Positions 27,493 through 36,312 of a DNA stretch of 36,312 bases are shown here, one piece after another. How positions within the stretch are numbered: position 1 is the first letter of the stretch; each line of letters begins with the position of its first letter. This DNA is from a virus. Its lineage: Duplodnaviria; Heunggongvirae; Uroviricota; Caudoviricetes. The notes below the pieces were generated by a model that saw only the letters and a list, made by a program, of their open reading frames with translations, had not been told where the DNA came from and made no database searches. The position numbers were made by a program, and so were the translations under genes. The stretch is from the IMG/VR virus record IMGVR_UViG_2579778938_000006; one strand, 5' to 3'.

Positions 27493-28008
27493 ATGGCTTT
27501 ACCACGCAAATTAAAACACCTCAACCTGTTTAACGACGGGAACAACTGGCAGGGGATCGTTGAGTCGCTGACGCTGCCGAAATTCACCCGCAAATATGAG
27601 AAGTATCGCGGCGGCGGAATGCCGGGAGCAGTGGATGTGGATCTGGGGCTTGATGACAGTGCGCTGGACACAGAATTTTCCATTGGTGGTACTGAACTGC
27701 TGCTGTTTAAGCAGATGGGCAAAGCCACGGTGGATGGCATCCAGTTGCGCTTTACCGGCTCTATCCAGCGTGATGATACCGGGGAAGTGCAGGCCGTGGA
27801 GCTTGTGGTGCGTGGACGTCACAAAGAAGTGGATTCCGGCGAGTGGAAGACGGGCGAAAGCAACACCACCAAAGTGACCAGTACCAACAGCTACGCGAAG
27901 CTGACTATCAATGGTGAGGTGCTCTATGAAGTGGACCTTATCAACATGGTGGAAATTGTGGACGGTGTGGACCTGATGGAAGCGCACCGCAACGCCCTCG
28001 GCCTCTGA
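27493..28008 (+). CDS. FII: Tail tube protein FII
   Basis: 171 aa; synteny. Confidence 0.9.
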   Translation: MALPRKLKHLNLFNDGNNWQGIVESLTLPKFTRKYEKYRGGGMPGAVDVDLGLDDSALDTEFSIGGTELLLFKQMGKATVDGIQLRFTGSIQRDDTGEVQAVELVVRGRHKEVDSGEWKTGESNTTKVTSTNSYAKLTINGEVLYEVDLINMVEIVDGVDLMEAHRNALGL

Positions 28009-28062
28009 TGTATCTGAACGGCGCGGAATGCCGCGCCAGAACCTAATTTACAGGACAGCAAA

Positions 28063-28365
28063 ATGAGCGATAAGCAGACTGAAAAGACCATTCAACTGGA
28101 TACCCCCATCATGCGTGGTAAAACTGAAATCACCGAAATTGTGCTGCGTAAACCGCAGTCCGGTGCGCTGCGCGGTACACGCCTGCAGGCCATTATGGAT
28201 ATGGATGTGAACGCGATGATGACCGTGATCCCCCGCATCTCCAGCCCGGCGCTGACTGCACAGGAAATTGCAGAGATGGACCCGGCAGATCTCACTGCCA
28301 TGTCGGTTGAGGTTGTCACTTTTTTGTTGAAGAAGTCGGTGCTTGCCGGTTTACCGACAGCCTGA
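28063..28365 (+). CDS. E: Tail assembly chaperone E
   Basis: 100 aa upstream of the tape measure gene; contains the TTTTTTG slippery site near its 3' end. Confidence 0.8.
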   Translation: MSDKQTEKTIQLDTPIMRGKTEITEIVLRKPQSGALRGTRLQAIMDMDVNAMMTVIPRISSPALTAQEIAEMDPADLTAMSVEVVTFLLKKSVLAGLPTA

Positions 28366-28499
28366 CGGTTGATGATCTGGTGGCAGATATCGCCACCATT
28401 TTTCACTGGCCGCCATCCGTTACTGACGTTATGCCGCTGACCGAAGTGCTGGAATGGCGGTATAAAGCGATTCAGAGAAGCGGGGCCAACGATGAGTGA
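28063..28499 (+). CDS. E': E+E' fusion chaperone made by programmed -1 frameshift at TTTTTTG (28320..28326)
   Basis: The -1 frame after the slippery heptamer stays open for 57 codons (VEEVGACRFTDSL...QRSGANDE) and stops at 28497..28499, overlapping the T start; analogous to P2 E/E' and lambda G/GT. Confidence 0.7.
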
Positions 28500-31400
28500 T
28501 AATAACCTGCGCCTGCAGGTCATTCTTAATGCGGTTGACAAACTCACCCGCCCATTCCGTGCTGCACAGGCCAGTTCGAAAGAGCTGGCTGGCGCAATCA
28601 GAAACTCCCGTGACGCATTAAAGCAACTCAATCAGGCGGGTAACAACCTGGAAAAATTTCGCAAGCTGCAGGCCGATAACAAAAAGTTAGGCGACAGGCT
28701 GAACTATGCCAGACAGAAGGCAAATTTGCTTAGTTCTGAGCTGGAAGCGATGGAACAACCATCACAAAGGCATCTTGTGGCTTTAGGTCGGCAAACGCTG
28801 GCAGTCCAACGCCTGGAAGAACAACAAAAATATTTGCAGAAGCAAACGGCGCTTGTGCGTGCAGAACTGTACCGGGCGGGAATTTCTGCGAAAGATGATG
28901 CGGGAGCAACTGCCCGTTTAGCCCGTGAAACATCACGTTATAACCAGGAATTGTCGAAACAGGAGGCGCGGCTGAAGCGACTGGGGGAAGCTCAGCGCAG
29001 GATGAATGCAGCGCGTGCCAGTTATGCCCGTTCGCTGGAGGTGCGCGATCGCATCGCAGGAGCCGGAGCCACTACTACGGCTGCAGGGCTGGCAATGGGG
29101 ACGCCAGTGATGGCGGCAGTAAAAAGCTATACCAGCATGGAAGATGCCATGAAAGGTGTGGCAAAGCAGGTCAATGGTCTGCGTGACGATAATGGCATCC
29201 GCACTGCACGTTTTTATGAAATGCAGGATGCCATCAAAGCTGCCAGCGAACAGTTGCCGATGGAAAACGGTGCGGTGGACTTCGCTGCACTGGTTGAAGG
29301 TGGTGCGCGTATGAACGTCGCAAACCCTGACGACAGCTGGGAAGACCAGAAACGTGACCTGCTGGCCTTCGCCAGTACGGCAGCAAAGGCGGCAACAGCC
29401 TTTGAGCTGCCAGCGGATGAACTGTCAGAAAGTCTGGGGAAAATCGCCCAGCTCTACAAAATACCAACCCGCAATATTGAACAGCTCGGCGATGCGCTGA
29501 ACTATCTGGATGATAACGCCATGTCGAAAGGGGCGGACATCATTGATGTGATGCAACGTCTGGGCGGTGTGGCTGACCGTCTGGATTATCGTAAAGCGGC
29601 GGCACTGGGTTCCACCTTTCTGACACTGGGCGCTGCGCCGGAGGTTGCAGCCAGTGCAGCAAACGCGATGGTGCGTGAATTGTCCATTGCCACCATGCAA
29701 AGCAAGAGTTTCTTTGAAGGAATGAATCTGCTGAAACTCAATCCTGAAGTGATTGAAAAGCAGATGACGAAGGATGCGATGGGAACTATCCAGCGCGTGC
29801 TGGAGAAGGTGAACGCACTGCCGCAGGACAAGCGTCTGTCTGCCATGACCATGTTGTTTGGTAAAGAGTTTGGCGATGACGCGGCGAAACTGGCAAACAA
29901 CCTGCCGGAACTGCAGCGTCAGTTAAAACTGACAGCGGGCAATGATGCGCTCGGCTCCATGCAGAAAGAATCCGACATTAACAAGGATTCACTTTCTGCG
30001 CAGTGGTTGCTGGTCAAAACCGGAGCGCAGAACACCTTCAGCAGCCTGGGCGAAACGCTGCGCCAGCCGCTGATGGATATTCTGTACACGGTGAAAAGCG
30101 TCACGGGGGCGTTGCGTCGCTGGGTGGAAGCTAACCCGGAACTGACAGGCACACTGATGAAAGCATCGGCTGTTGTGGCTGCGGTGACCGTCGGCCTCGG
30201 CACCTTAGCGGTGGCGCTGGCTGCAGTGCTGGGGCCGCTGGCAGTGATCCGTCTGGGATTCTCTGTGCTGGGTATCAAAACGTTACCTTCCGTTACGGCA
30301 GCAGTAACTCGAACCAGCAGCGCGTTGTCCTGGCTGGCTGGCGCACCACTGGTACTGCTGCGACGCGGGCTTGCTTCATCGGGCAACGCTGCGGGTTTAC
30401 TTACTGCACCGTTGTCATCTTTGCGCCGCACGGCATCACTGACGGGAAATGTCCTGAAAACTGTAGCAGGTGCGCCGGTTGCACTTTTGCGGTCTGGATT
30501 ATCCGGTTTACGTGCTGTTGCTGTGATGTTTATGAATCCTCTGGCGGTACTGCGCGGTGGACTGGTCGCCGCAGGCACGGTGCTGCGAGTACTGGCATCT
30601 GGTCCACTGGCGATGCTGCGCGTTGCCCTGTATGCCGTATCTGGTCTGTTAGGTGCTCTGCTCAGTCCGATAGGTCTTGTGGTTACTGCACTGGCGGGCG
30701 TGGCGCTGGTTGTCTGGAAATACTGGCAACCCATCACCGCATTTCTTGGTGGCGTGGTGGAAGGATTCAAAGCGGCGGCAGGTCCCGTCAGTGCAGCATT
30801 CGAACCGCTTAAGCCCGTGTTCCAGTGGATTGGCGACAAAGTACAGGCGCTGTGGGGCTGGTTTACTGATCTGCTGACGCCCGTTAAGTCGACCTCTGCC
30901 GAACTGCAGAGTGCAGCGGCAATGGGGCGGCGATTCGGGGAGGCACTGGCGGAAGGGCTGAATATGGTCATGCATCCGCTGGACTCCCTGAAATCCGGCG
31001 TTTCCTGGTTGCTGGAGAAGCTCGGCATTGTCAGTAAAGAGGCCGCAAAGGCAAAACTGCCGGAAAGCGTGACGCGTCAGCAACCTGCGACGGTGAATGC
31101 AGACGGTAAAGTGATGATGCCATCGGGTGGTTTTCCATCATGGGGATATGGCTTTGCGGGGATGTATGACAGCGGCGGCTATATCCCGCGCGGGCAGTTT
31201 GGCATCGTCGGTGAAAACGGGCCGGAAATTGTTAACGGCCCGGCAAATGTGACCAGCCGGAGAAATACAGCTGCACTGGCTGCCGTTGTTGCCGGAATGA
31301 TGGGCGTTGCTGCCGCGCCTGCAGAGCTTCCACCGTTGCACCCTTTGGCACTTCCCGCGAAAGGCGGCGAAGCGATGGTGAGTCGTGCAGCCACTGTGCC

Positions 31401-31569
31401 GCCCGTTCAACGGATTGAGGCACCGATGCAGATCATCATTCAGACGCAGCCAGGACAAAGTGCGCAGGATATTGCGCGGGAGGTGGCCCGCCAGCTTGAT
31501 GAACGTGAACGCAGGCTGAAGGCAAAAGCCAGGAGTAACTACAGCGATCAGGGGGGATACGACGCATGA
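28492..31569 (+). CDS. T: Tail tape measure protein T (1025 aa)
   Basis: Long ORF after E/E'; coiled-coil-like N-terminal half, hydrophobic repeat region in the C-terminal half. Confidence 0.9.
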   Translation: MSDNNLRLQVILNAVDKLTRPFRAAQASSKELAGAIRNSRDALKQLNQAGNNLEKFRKLQADNKKLGDRLNYARQKANLLSSELEAMEQPSQRHLVALGRQTLAVQRLEEQQKYLQKQTALVRAELYRAGISAKDDAGATARLARETSRYNQELSKQEARLKRLGEAQRRMNAARASYARSLEVRDRIAGAGATTTAAGLAMGTPVMAAVKSYTSMEDAMKGVAKQVNGLRDDNGIRTARFYEMQDAIKAASEQLPMENGAVDFAALVEGGARMNVANPDDSWEDQKRDLLAFASTAAKAATAFELPADELSESLGKIAQLYKIPTRNIEQLGDALNYLDDNAMSKGADIIDVMQRLGGVADRLDYRKAAALGSTFLTLGAAPEVAASAANAMVRELSIATMQSKSFFEGMNLLKLNPEVIEKQMTKDAMGTIQRVLEKVNALPQDKRLSAMTMLFGKEFGDDAAKLANNLPELQRQLKLTAGNDALGSMQKESDINKDSLSAQWLLVKTGAQNTFSSLGETLRQPLMDILYTVKSVTGALRRWVEANPELTGTLMKASAVVAAVTVGLGTLAVALAAVLGPLAVIRLGFSVLGIKTLPSVTAAVTRTSSALSWLAGAPLVLLRRGLASSGNAAGLLTAPLSSLRRTASLTGNVLKTVAGAPVALLRSGLSGLRAVAVMFMNPLAVLRGGLVAAGTVLRVLASGPLAMLRVALYAVSGLLGALLSPIGLVVTALAGVALVVWKYWQPITAFLGGVVEGFKAAAGPVSAAFEPLKPVFQWIGDKVQALWGWFTDLLTPVKSTSAELQSAAAMGRRFGEALAEGLNMVMHPLDSLKSGVSWLLEKLGIVSKEAAKAKLPESVTRQQPATVNADGKVMMPSGGFPSWGYGFAGMYDSGGYIPRGQFGIVGENGPEIVNGPANVTSRRNTAALAAVVAGMMGVAAAPAELPPLHPLALPAKGGEAMVSRAATVPPVQRIEAPMQIIIQTQPGQSAQDIAREVARQLDERERRLKAKARSNYSDQGGYDA

Positions 31570-32051
31570 TGATGGTGCTGGGATTGTACGTGTTTATGCT
31601 GCGCACCGTGCCGTATCAGGAACTGCAGTATCAACGCAGTTGGCGACATGCGGCAAACAGCCGGGTAAACCGTCGTCCGTCCACGCAGTTTCTGGGACCG
31701 GAAAACGACATGCTGACGCTTTCCGGTGTTCTTATGCCGGAGATAACAGGCGGCAGGCTGTCGTTGCTGGCACTTGAGCAGATGGCAGAACAGGGGAAAG
31801 CATGGCCTCTGATTGAAGGCAGCGGCACGATTTACGGCATGTATGTGATTGAGGGACTGAATCAGACTAAAACGGAGTTTTTCCGCGACGGTATGCCGCG
31901 CCGGATTGAGTTCACCCTGTCGCTCAAACGGGTGGATGAATCCCTGTCCGATATGTTCGGTGATCTCAGTGCGCAGCTGAATAATCTGCAGGGAACGGCA
32001 ACATCTGCCTTAAGCGATATCAGTAAAACGGTGGGAGGGCTTCTGTCGTGA
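31566..32051 (+). CDS. U: Tail protein U
   Basis: 161 aa; synteny. Confidence 0.85.
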   Translation: MMMVLGLYVFMLRTVPYQELQYQRSWRHAANSRVNRRPSTQFLGPENDMLTLSGVLMPEITGGRLSLLALEQMAEQGKAWPLIEGSGTIYGMYVIEGLNQTKTEFFRDGMPRRIEFTLSLKRVDESLSDMFGDLSAQLNNLQGTATSALSDISKTVGGLLS

Positions 32052-33148
32052 ATTTCAGCTCTGAACTGCTTAACAAAGGCAACAAAACTCCCGCATTCAG
32101 CATCAGTATTGAGGGCAGGGATATCACCACTGTGCTGGACAACCGCCTGATTGGGCTGACGCTGACGGATAACCGGGGATTTGAAGCGGACCAGCTTGAT
32201 CTGGAACTGGACGACGCCGATGGAAAAATCGTGCTGCCGCGCCGTGGTACGGTCATTACGCTGGCGCTGGGCTGGAAGGGGCAGCCGCTTTTCCCGAAAG
32301 GGGCATTCACGGTGGACGAGATTGAACACACTGGCGCACCGGACCGCCTGACTATCCGGGCGCGAAGTGCTGATTTTCGGGAAACCCTGAATACCCGCCG
32401 TGAAAAATCGTGGCATAACACCACCATCGGGGAAGTGGTGAAGGAAATAGCCGCGCGGCACAAGCTGAAGATGGCACTGGGTAAAGAGCTGTCGGATAAG
32501 CCCGTGGAGCATATAGACCAGACTAATGAGAGTGACGGCAGTTTTCTGATGCGACTGGCGCGACAGTACGGTGCCATCGCGTCGGTGAAAAATGGCAATC
32601 TGTTATTCATCCGGCAGGGGCAGGGCAAAAGCGCCACTGGTAAACCACTGCCAGTGATCACTATCACACGCAAGGACGGCGACAGTCACCGATTTACCCT
32701 GGCAGATCGCGGAGCCTACACGGGCGTAATTGCCAGCTGGTTGCATACCCGTGAACCCGCGAAGAAAGAAAGCACCACGGTGAAGCGTAAGCGCAGAACT
32801 AAGAAGCAGAAGAAAGAGCCGGAAGCGAAGCAGGGCGATTACCTGGTGGGTACGGATGAAAACGTGCTGGTACTTAATCGCACCTATGCCAACCGGGGCA
32901 ACGCTGAACGGGCAGCGAAAATGCAGTGGGAACGTCTGCAACGCGGCGTTGCGTCATTCTCGCTACAACTGGCGGAAGGGCGGGCAGATCTCTACACGGA
33001 AATGCCTGTGAAGGTCAGTGGTTTTAAACAGCCGATAGATGATGCGGAATGGACCATTACGACTCTGACACATACCGTCAGCCCGGATAACGGTTTTACG
33101 ACCAGTCTGGAGCTTGAAGTGAGGATTGATGATTTCGAAATGGAATGA
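32048..33148 (+). CDS. D: Tail protein D (late gene D)
   Basis: 366 aa; synteny. Confidence 0.85.
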   Translation: MNFSSELLNKGNKTPAFSISIEGRDITTVLDNRLIGLTLTDNRGFEADQLDLELDDADGKIVLPRRGTVITLALGWKGQPLFPKGAFTVDEIEHTGAPDRLTIRARSADFRETLNTRREKSWHNTTIGEVVKEIAARHKLKMALGKELSDKPVEHIDQTNESDGSFLMRLARQYGAIASVKNGNLLFIRQGQGKSATGKPLPVITITRKDGDSHRFTLADRGAYTGVIASWLHTREPAKKESTTVKRKRRTKKQKKEPEAKQGDYLVGTDENVLVLNRTYANRGNAERAAKMQWERLQRGVASFSLQLAEGRADLYTEMPVKVSGFKQPIDDAEWTITTLTHTVSPDNGFTTSLELEVRIDDFEME

Positions 33149-33238
33149 TTCTTCGCAATGGAGAACTTTTAAGTTTGCAAAATGGAATAATGCGGTATCA
33201 TTATTGTGAATTTAGCAAAAATGGGGAGAACTCGAAAA

Positions 33239-33457
33239 ATGATGATTTGCCCACTGTGTGGAAGTGCCGCCCATACTCGCAGCAGTTTTCAGGTATCTTC
33301 ATTGACCAAAGAGCGTTACAACCAGTGCCAGAACATTAACTGCAGCCATACTTTTGTTACCCATGAAACTTTTGTTCGTTCGATTGCAACGCCAAAAGAG
33401 TCAAATCCGGTTCAGCCGCATCCAATGAAATCAGGACAGGTGGCGCTCTCTCTTTGA
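33239..33457 (+). CDS. ogr: Ogr/Delta-family zinc-finger late transcription activator (72 aa)
   Basis: MMICPLCGSAAHTRSS...ERYNQCQNINCSHTF matches the P2 Ogr Cys4 pattern (CPLC...CQNxNC); last phage gene before attR. Confidence 0.85.
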   Translation: MMICPLCGSAAHTRSSFQVSSLTKERYNQCQNINCSHTFVTHETFVRSIATPKESNPVQPHPMKSGQVALSL

Positions 33458-33479
33458 CGCTGCCGCCATTTTGTCGCCA
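33458..33479. repeat. attR: attR core candidate (cgctgccgccattttgtcgcca)
   Basis: Direct repeat of 19..40 (1 mismatch); located 1 bp after the ogr stop, before the ybjL terminator. Confidence 0.6.
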
Positions 33480-33534
33480 TCGTTAAAAAACAGTGTTTCT
33501 AACATCATGATTTTAAACAGCTTAAATTTCAGGC

Positions 33535-33580
33535 AACAAAAAACCCATCAACCTTGAACCGAAATGGCGGGGTTGATGGG
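33535..33580 (-). terminator. Rho-independent terminator downstream of ybjL (minus strand)
   Basis: 10-bp stem CCCATCAACC / GGTTGATGGG followed on the minus strand by TTTTTTGTT; loop is long (17 nt). Confidence 0.5.
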
Positions 33581-33692
33581 CTCCACAAAATGGGGACATC
33601 AAAGAAAAGCAGTGGCACTAATTAAGACTGATGCCCTGCGGAAAAGTTCTGCGGTTGTGCAAAAAAATTTCATTTTCAGGGCAACTTCAGTT

Positions 33693-35378
33693 TTATCCTA
33701 ATCCTGGCCATACCATGACGATGATTGTCCCTGCCAGCGTCAGCAGGACGTTGGCGATTGCGTAGGTGCCCGCATAGCCCAGCGCAGGGATGTTACTGCG
33801 AGCTGTATCACTGATGATCTCCATTGCCGGCGCGCAGGTGCGTGCGCCCATCATTGCGCCGAACAACAGTGCGCGGTTCATTCGCAATACATAAGCACCG
33901 AACAAGAAACAGATAACCACGGGCACAAGACTGACAATTAATCCGGCAATCAACATCTGACCGCCAATCGCGCCCAGGCCGTTATTAATACCGCTACCGG
34001 CGCTCAGACCAACGCCTGCCATAAACACCATCAAGCCGAACTCTTTCACCATGCTTAATGCACCTTGCGGAATGTAACCGAAGGTCGGGTGGTTAGCACG
34101 CATAAAGCCCAGCATAATTCCGGCGAATAACAACCCGGCAGCGTTCCCCATGCCGAAACTGAATGTGCTGAACTGGAAGGTGATCATCCCGATCATCAGC
34201 CCAATAACAAAGAAGGCGCAGAATGCCAGCAGGTCAGTGACCTGGCTGTGAATCGAGATAAAGCCGATGCGATCGGCGATGGTTTTTACGCGGCGGGCAT
34301 CGCCGCTGACTTGTAAAACGTCACCTTTGTTAAGCACGACGTTGTCATCTATCGGCATCTCAATCTGGCTACGAATGACGCGGTTAAGGAAGCAACCGTG
34401 ATCGGTCAACTTCAGTTGTGCGAGACGTTTACCTACAGCGTTATGGTTTTTAACGACCACTTCTTCAGTGACGATACGCATGTCGAGAAGGTCACGATCG
34501 AAAACTTCTTTACCGTTACGGAAGCTGGGATCGAGTCGGGCATGGGCGTCGGGATAGCCTACCAACGCTATTTCATCGCCCATTTGTAGCACGGCATCAC
34601 CGTCTGGATTTGCCAGAATCCCGTTACGTCGAATACGTTCAATGTAGCAGCCGGTTTGTCGATAAATACCCAGTTCACGCAGATTTTTGCCGTCGGTCCA
34701 GGCCACCAGTTCCGGGCCGACGCGATAGGCGCGGATCACCGGTAAATAAACCTTACGGTTGGCATCAGTGTCCAGGCCACGTTCGCGGGCGATTTGCTGG
34801 GCGCTGGTCTGTAAGTCCTGATGCTGCAATTTCGGCAAGTAACGCGCACCAACAATCAAACTCACCAGACCGATTAAATAGGTTAAGGCATACCCGAGGC
34901 TCAGATTATCCAGTGCCAGTGAGAGCTGCCTGCTTTCCATGCCGGAATGACGCAGTGTATCGCCAGCACCGACCAGAACCGGTGTCGACGTCATAGAGCC
35001 TGCTAACATACCGGCCGTCAGGCCAATATCCCAGCCAAACAGCTTACCTAACCCTAAGGCGATCACCAGCGCACTGCCAACCATCACCAGTGCTAACATT
35101 AGGTAATTTTTCCCATCGCGAAAAAAAATGGAAAAAAAGTTCGGTCCGGCTTCGACCCCGACGCAGAAAATAAACAGCATAAAGCCAAGATTAAGCGCAT
35201 CGGTGTTAATGCTGAAATGTTGTTGGCCTAATAACAGCGATACGACTAAAACGCCAATGGAATTACCCAGTTGGATCGAACCAAGTCGTAACTTTCCGAG
35301 ACATAGCCCAAGCGCGAGGACCACAAATAATAACAGAATGTAATTCCCATTTAACAATTCGGCGACGTTTATATTCAC
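33693..35378 (-). CDS. ybjL: Putative transporter YbjL (AAE-family membrane protein with TrkA-C domains)
   Basis: 561-aa translation starting [34 protein letters not shown] matches E. coli YbjL from memory. Confidence 0.9.
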
Positions 35379-35647
35379 GGAGGCTAACTTCTTGTTTACT
35401 AGTAAGCTGTTGAAAGAAATGGTAATTTACGATAATGTTTTTTACCAGAATTCAGGGCGCAGATTCATTCAGCGCACCTAAACGATAGTAAAGTAACAAT
35501 ATATTTTACTAGTGTAATCACATTAGGTATCAACGGCTATATGAATTGCGTTGGCCTATATTAGCATGGAATGCGAAGCGGCTTTATCTTACTGAACGCC
35601 ACACTGGCGAAAAATGTGTTCGATAGACGCAGTGTCAGGAGGAACGA

Positions 35648-36025
35648 GTGAAACATAAACAACGTTGGGCGGGGGCAATCTGCTGTTTTGTCCTCTTCAT
35701 TGTGGTGTGCCTTTTTCTGGCGACGCACATGAAAGGCGCTTTTCGGGCTGCCGGGCATCCTGAAATCGGCTTGCTATTTTTCATTCTTCCTGGAGCAGTC
35801 GCCAGCTTCTTTTCACAGCGTAGAGAAGTCCTGAAACCTCTGTTTGGCGCAATGCTGGCGGCACCCTGTTCGATGCTCATTATGCGGCTGTTTTTTTCAC
35901 CGACGCGCTCATTCTGGCAAGAGCTGGCATGGTTACTAAGCGCGGTGTTCTGGTGTGCGCTGGGGGCACTGTGTTTCTTATTTATCAGTAGTTTGTTTAA
36001 ACCACAGCACAGAAAAAATCAGTAA
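35648..36025 (+). CDS. ybjM: Inner membrane protein YbjM
   Basis: 125-aa hydrophobic protein in conserved position between ybjL and grxA. Confidence 0.8.
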   Translation: MKHKQRWAGAICCFVLFIVVCLFLATHMKGAFRAAGHPEIGLLFFILPGAVASFFSQRREVLKPLFGAMLAAPCSMLIMRLFFSPTRSFWQELAWLLSAVFWCALGALCFLFISSLFKPQHRKNQ

Positions 36026-36054
36026 AGCCCTCAACGCGAGGGCTTGTCAGACGA

Positions 36055-36312
36055 TCAGGCGTCCAGATTTTCTTTCACCCATGCAGCAAAATCGGTATAG
36101 CCGCCGATATGTTGCTGATCGACAAAAATCTGCGGCACGGTTTCTACGGGTTTACCTGCCTTTTGTTGTAGATCTTCTTTAGTGATCCCTTCCGCACGAA
36201 TATCTACATACTGATACTGAAAATCATCGCGTTCATTGCTCAATTTCTCAGCCAGATCTTTTGCACGCACACAGTAAGGGCAACCCGAACGACCAAAAAT
36301 AACGGTTTGCAT
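36055..36312 (-). CDS. grxA: Glutaredoxin 1
   Basis: 85 aa with active site CPYC (MQTVIFGRSGCPYCVRAK...). Confidence 0.95.
   Translation of the reverse strand: MQTVIFGRSGCPYCVRAKDLAEKLSNERDDFQYQYVDIRAEGITKEDLQQKAGKPVETVPQIFVDQQHIGGYTDFAAWVKENLDA

Larger units (their letters stand above)
19..33479. mobile_element. P2/186-like temperate prophage (Peduovirus-type), ~33.4 kb, integrated downstream of ybjL
   Basis: Complete P2-order gene set from int to ogr; imperfect 22-bp direct repeat at both ends; host genes ybjL/ybjM/grxA immediately to the right; left host flank only 18 bp in window. Confidence 0.85.

Noticed and set aside
29919-31028. 369-aa and 144-aa minus-strand ORFs inside the tape measure gene
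   Set aside because: Antisense to a long, syntenically certain gene; Ala/Ser/Pro/Arg-rich low-complexity translation typical of the wrong frame in GC-rich DNA.
33145-33339. 64-aa plus-strand ORF overlapping the start of ogr
   Set aside because: Out of frame with, and overlapping, the clearly recognisable Ogr zinc-finger ORF; the ogr start at 33239 is preferred.
1-36312. CRISPR arrays, tRNA/rRNA genes, IS elements
   Set aside because: No short regularly spaced direct repeats, no tRNA-like sequence near the att site, and no transposase-like ORFs or terminal inverted repeats were recognised by eye; a tRNAscan/IS search would be needed to be certain.

Overview
The window is an Escherichia coli chromosomal segment holding a complete ~33.4 kb P2/186-like temperate prophage (about 19..33479) with the host genes ybjL-ybjM-grxA on its right (33693..36312). 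The prophage is bounded by an imperfect 22-bp direct repeat (attL 19..40, attR 33458..33479). Its early region is 186-like: integrase, a 191-aa CI-type repressor, Apl/Cox-like and CII-like regulators, a TraR/DksA zinc finger, a Dam-type methyltransferase, the rolling-circle replication protein A, and a LexA-box-controlled tum-like/DinI-like operon. The capsid, lysis and tail modules follow P2 gene order (Q P | O N M L X, holin, endolysin, LysA/B/C, R S | V W J I H G | FI FII E/E' T U D | ogr), with TGT-N12-ACA dyads at three late-promoter positions. Four visibly AT-rich cargo loci interrupt this backbone: (1) a ~250-aa protein between attL and int with an RNxxAH (HEPN-like) motif; (2) a 63-aa signal-peptide, Cys-containing peptide between cI and int; (3) the classic P2 hotspot between the replication/SOS module and portal gene Q, carrying a 372-aa DUF2971-like protein and a 593-aa DUF262+DUF1524 (GmrSD/BrxU-like) nuclease, separated by a terminator and a cos-like motif; (4) a reverse-strand 176-189 aa gene between tail genes S and V. 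The candidate anti-phage cargo in locus 3, and to a lesser degree loci 1 and 4, is the most likely place for a new system. No rRNA, tRNA or CRISPR array was recognised. All assignments are from reading the translations and DNA by eye; no searches were run and GC content was judged, not computed.
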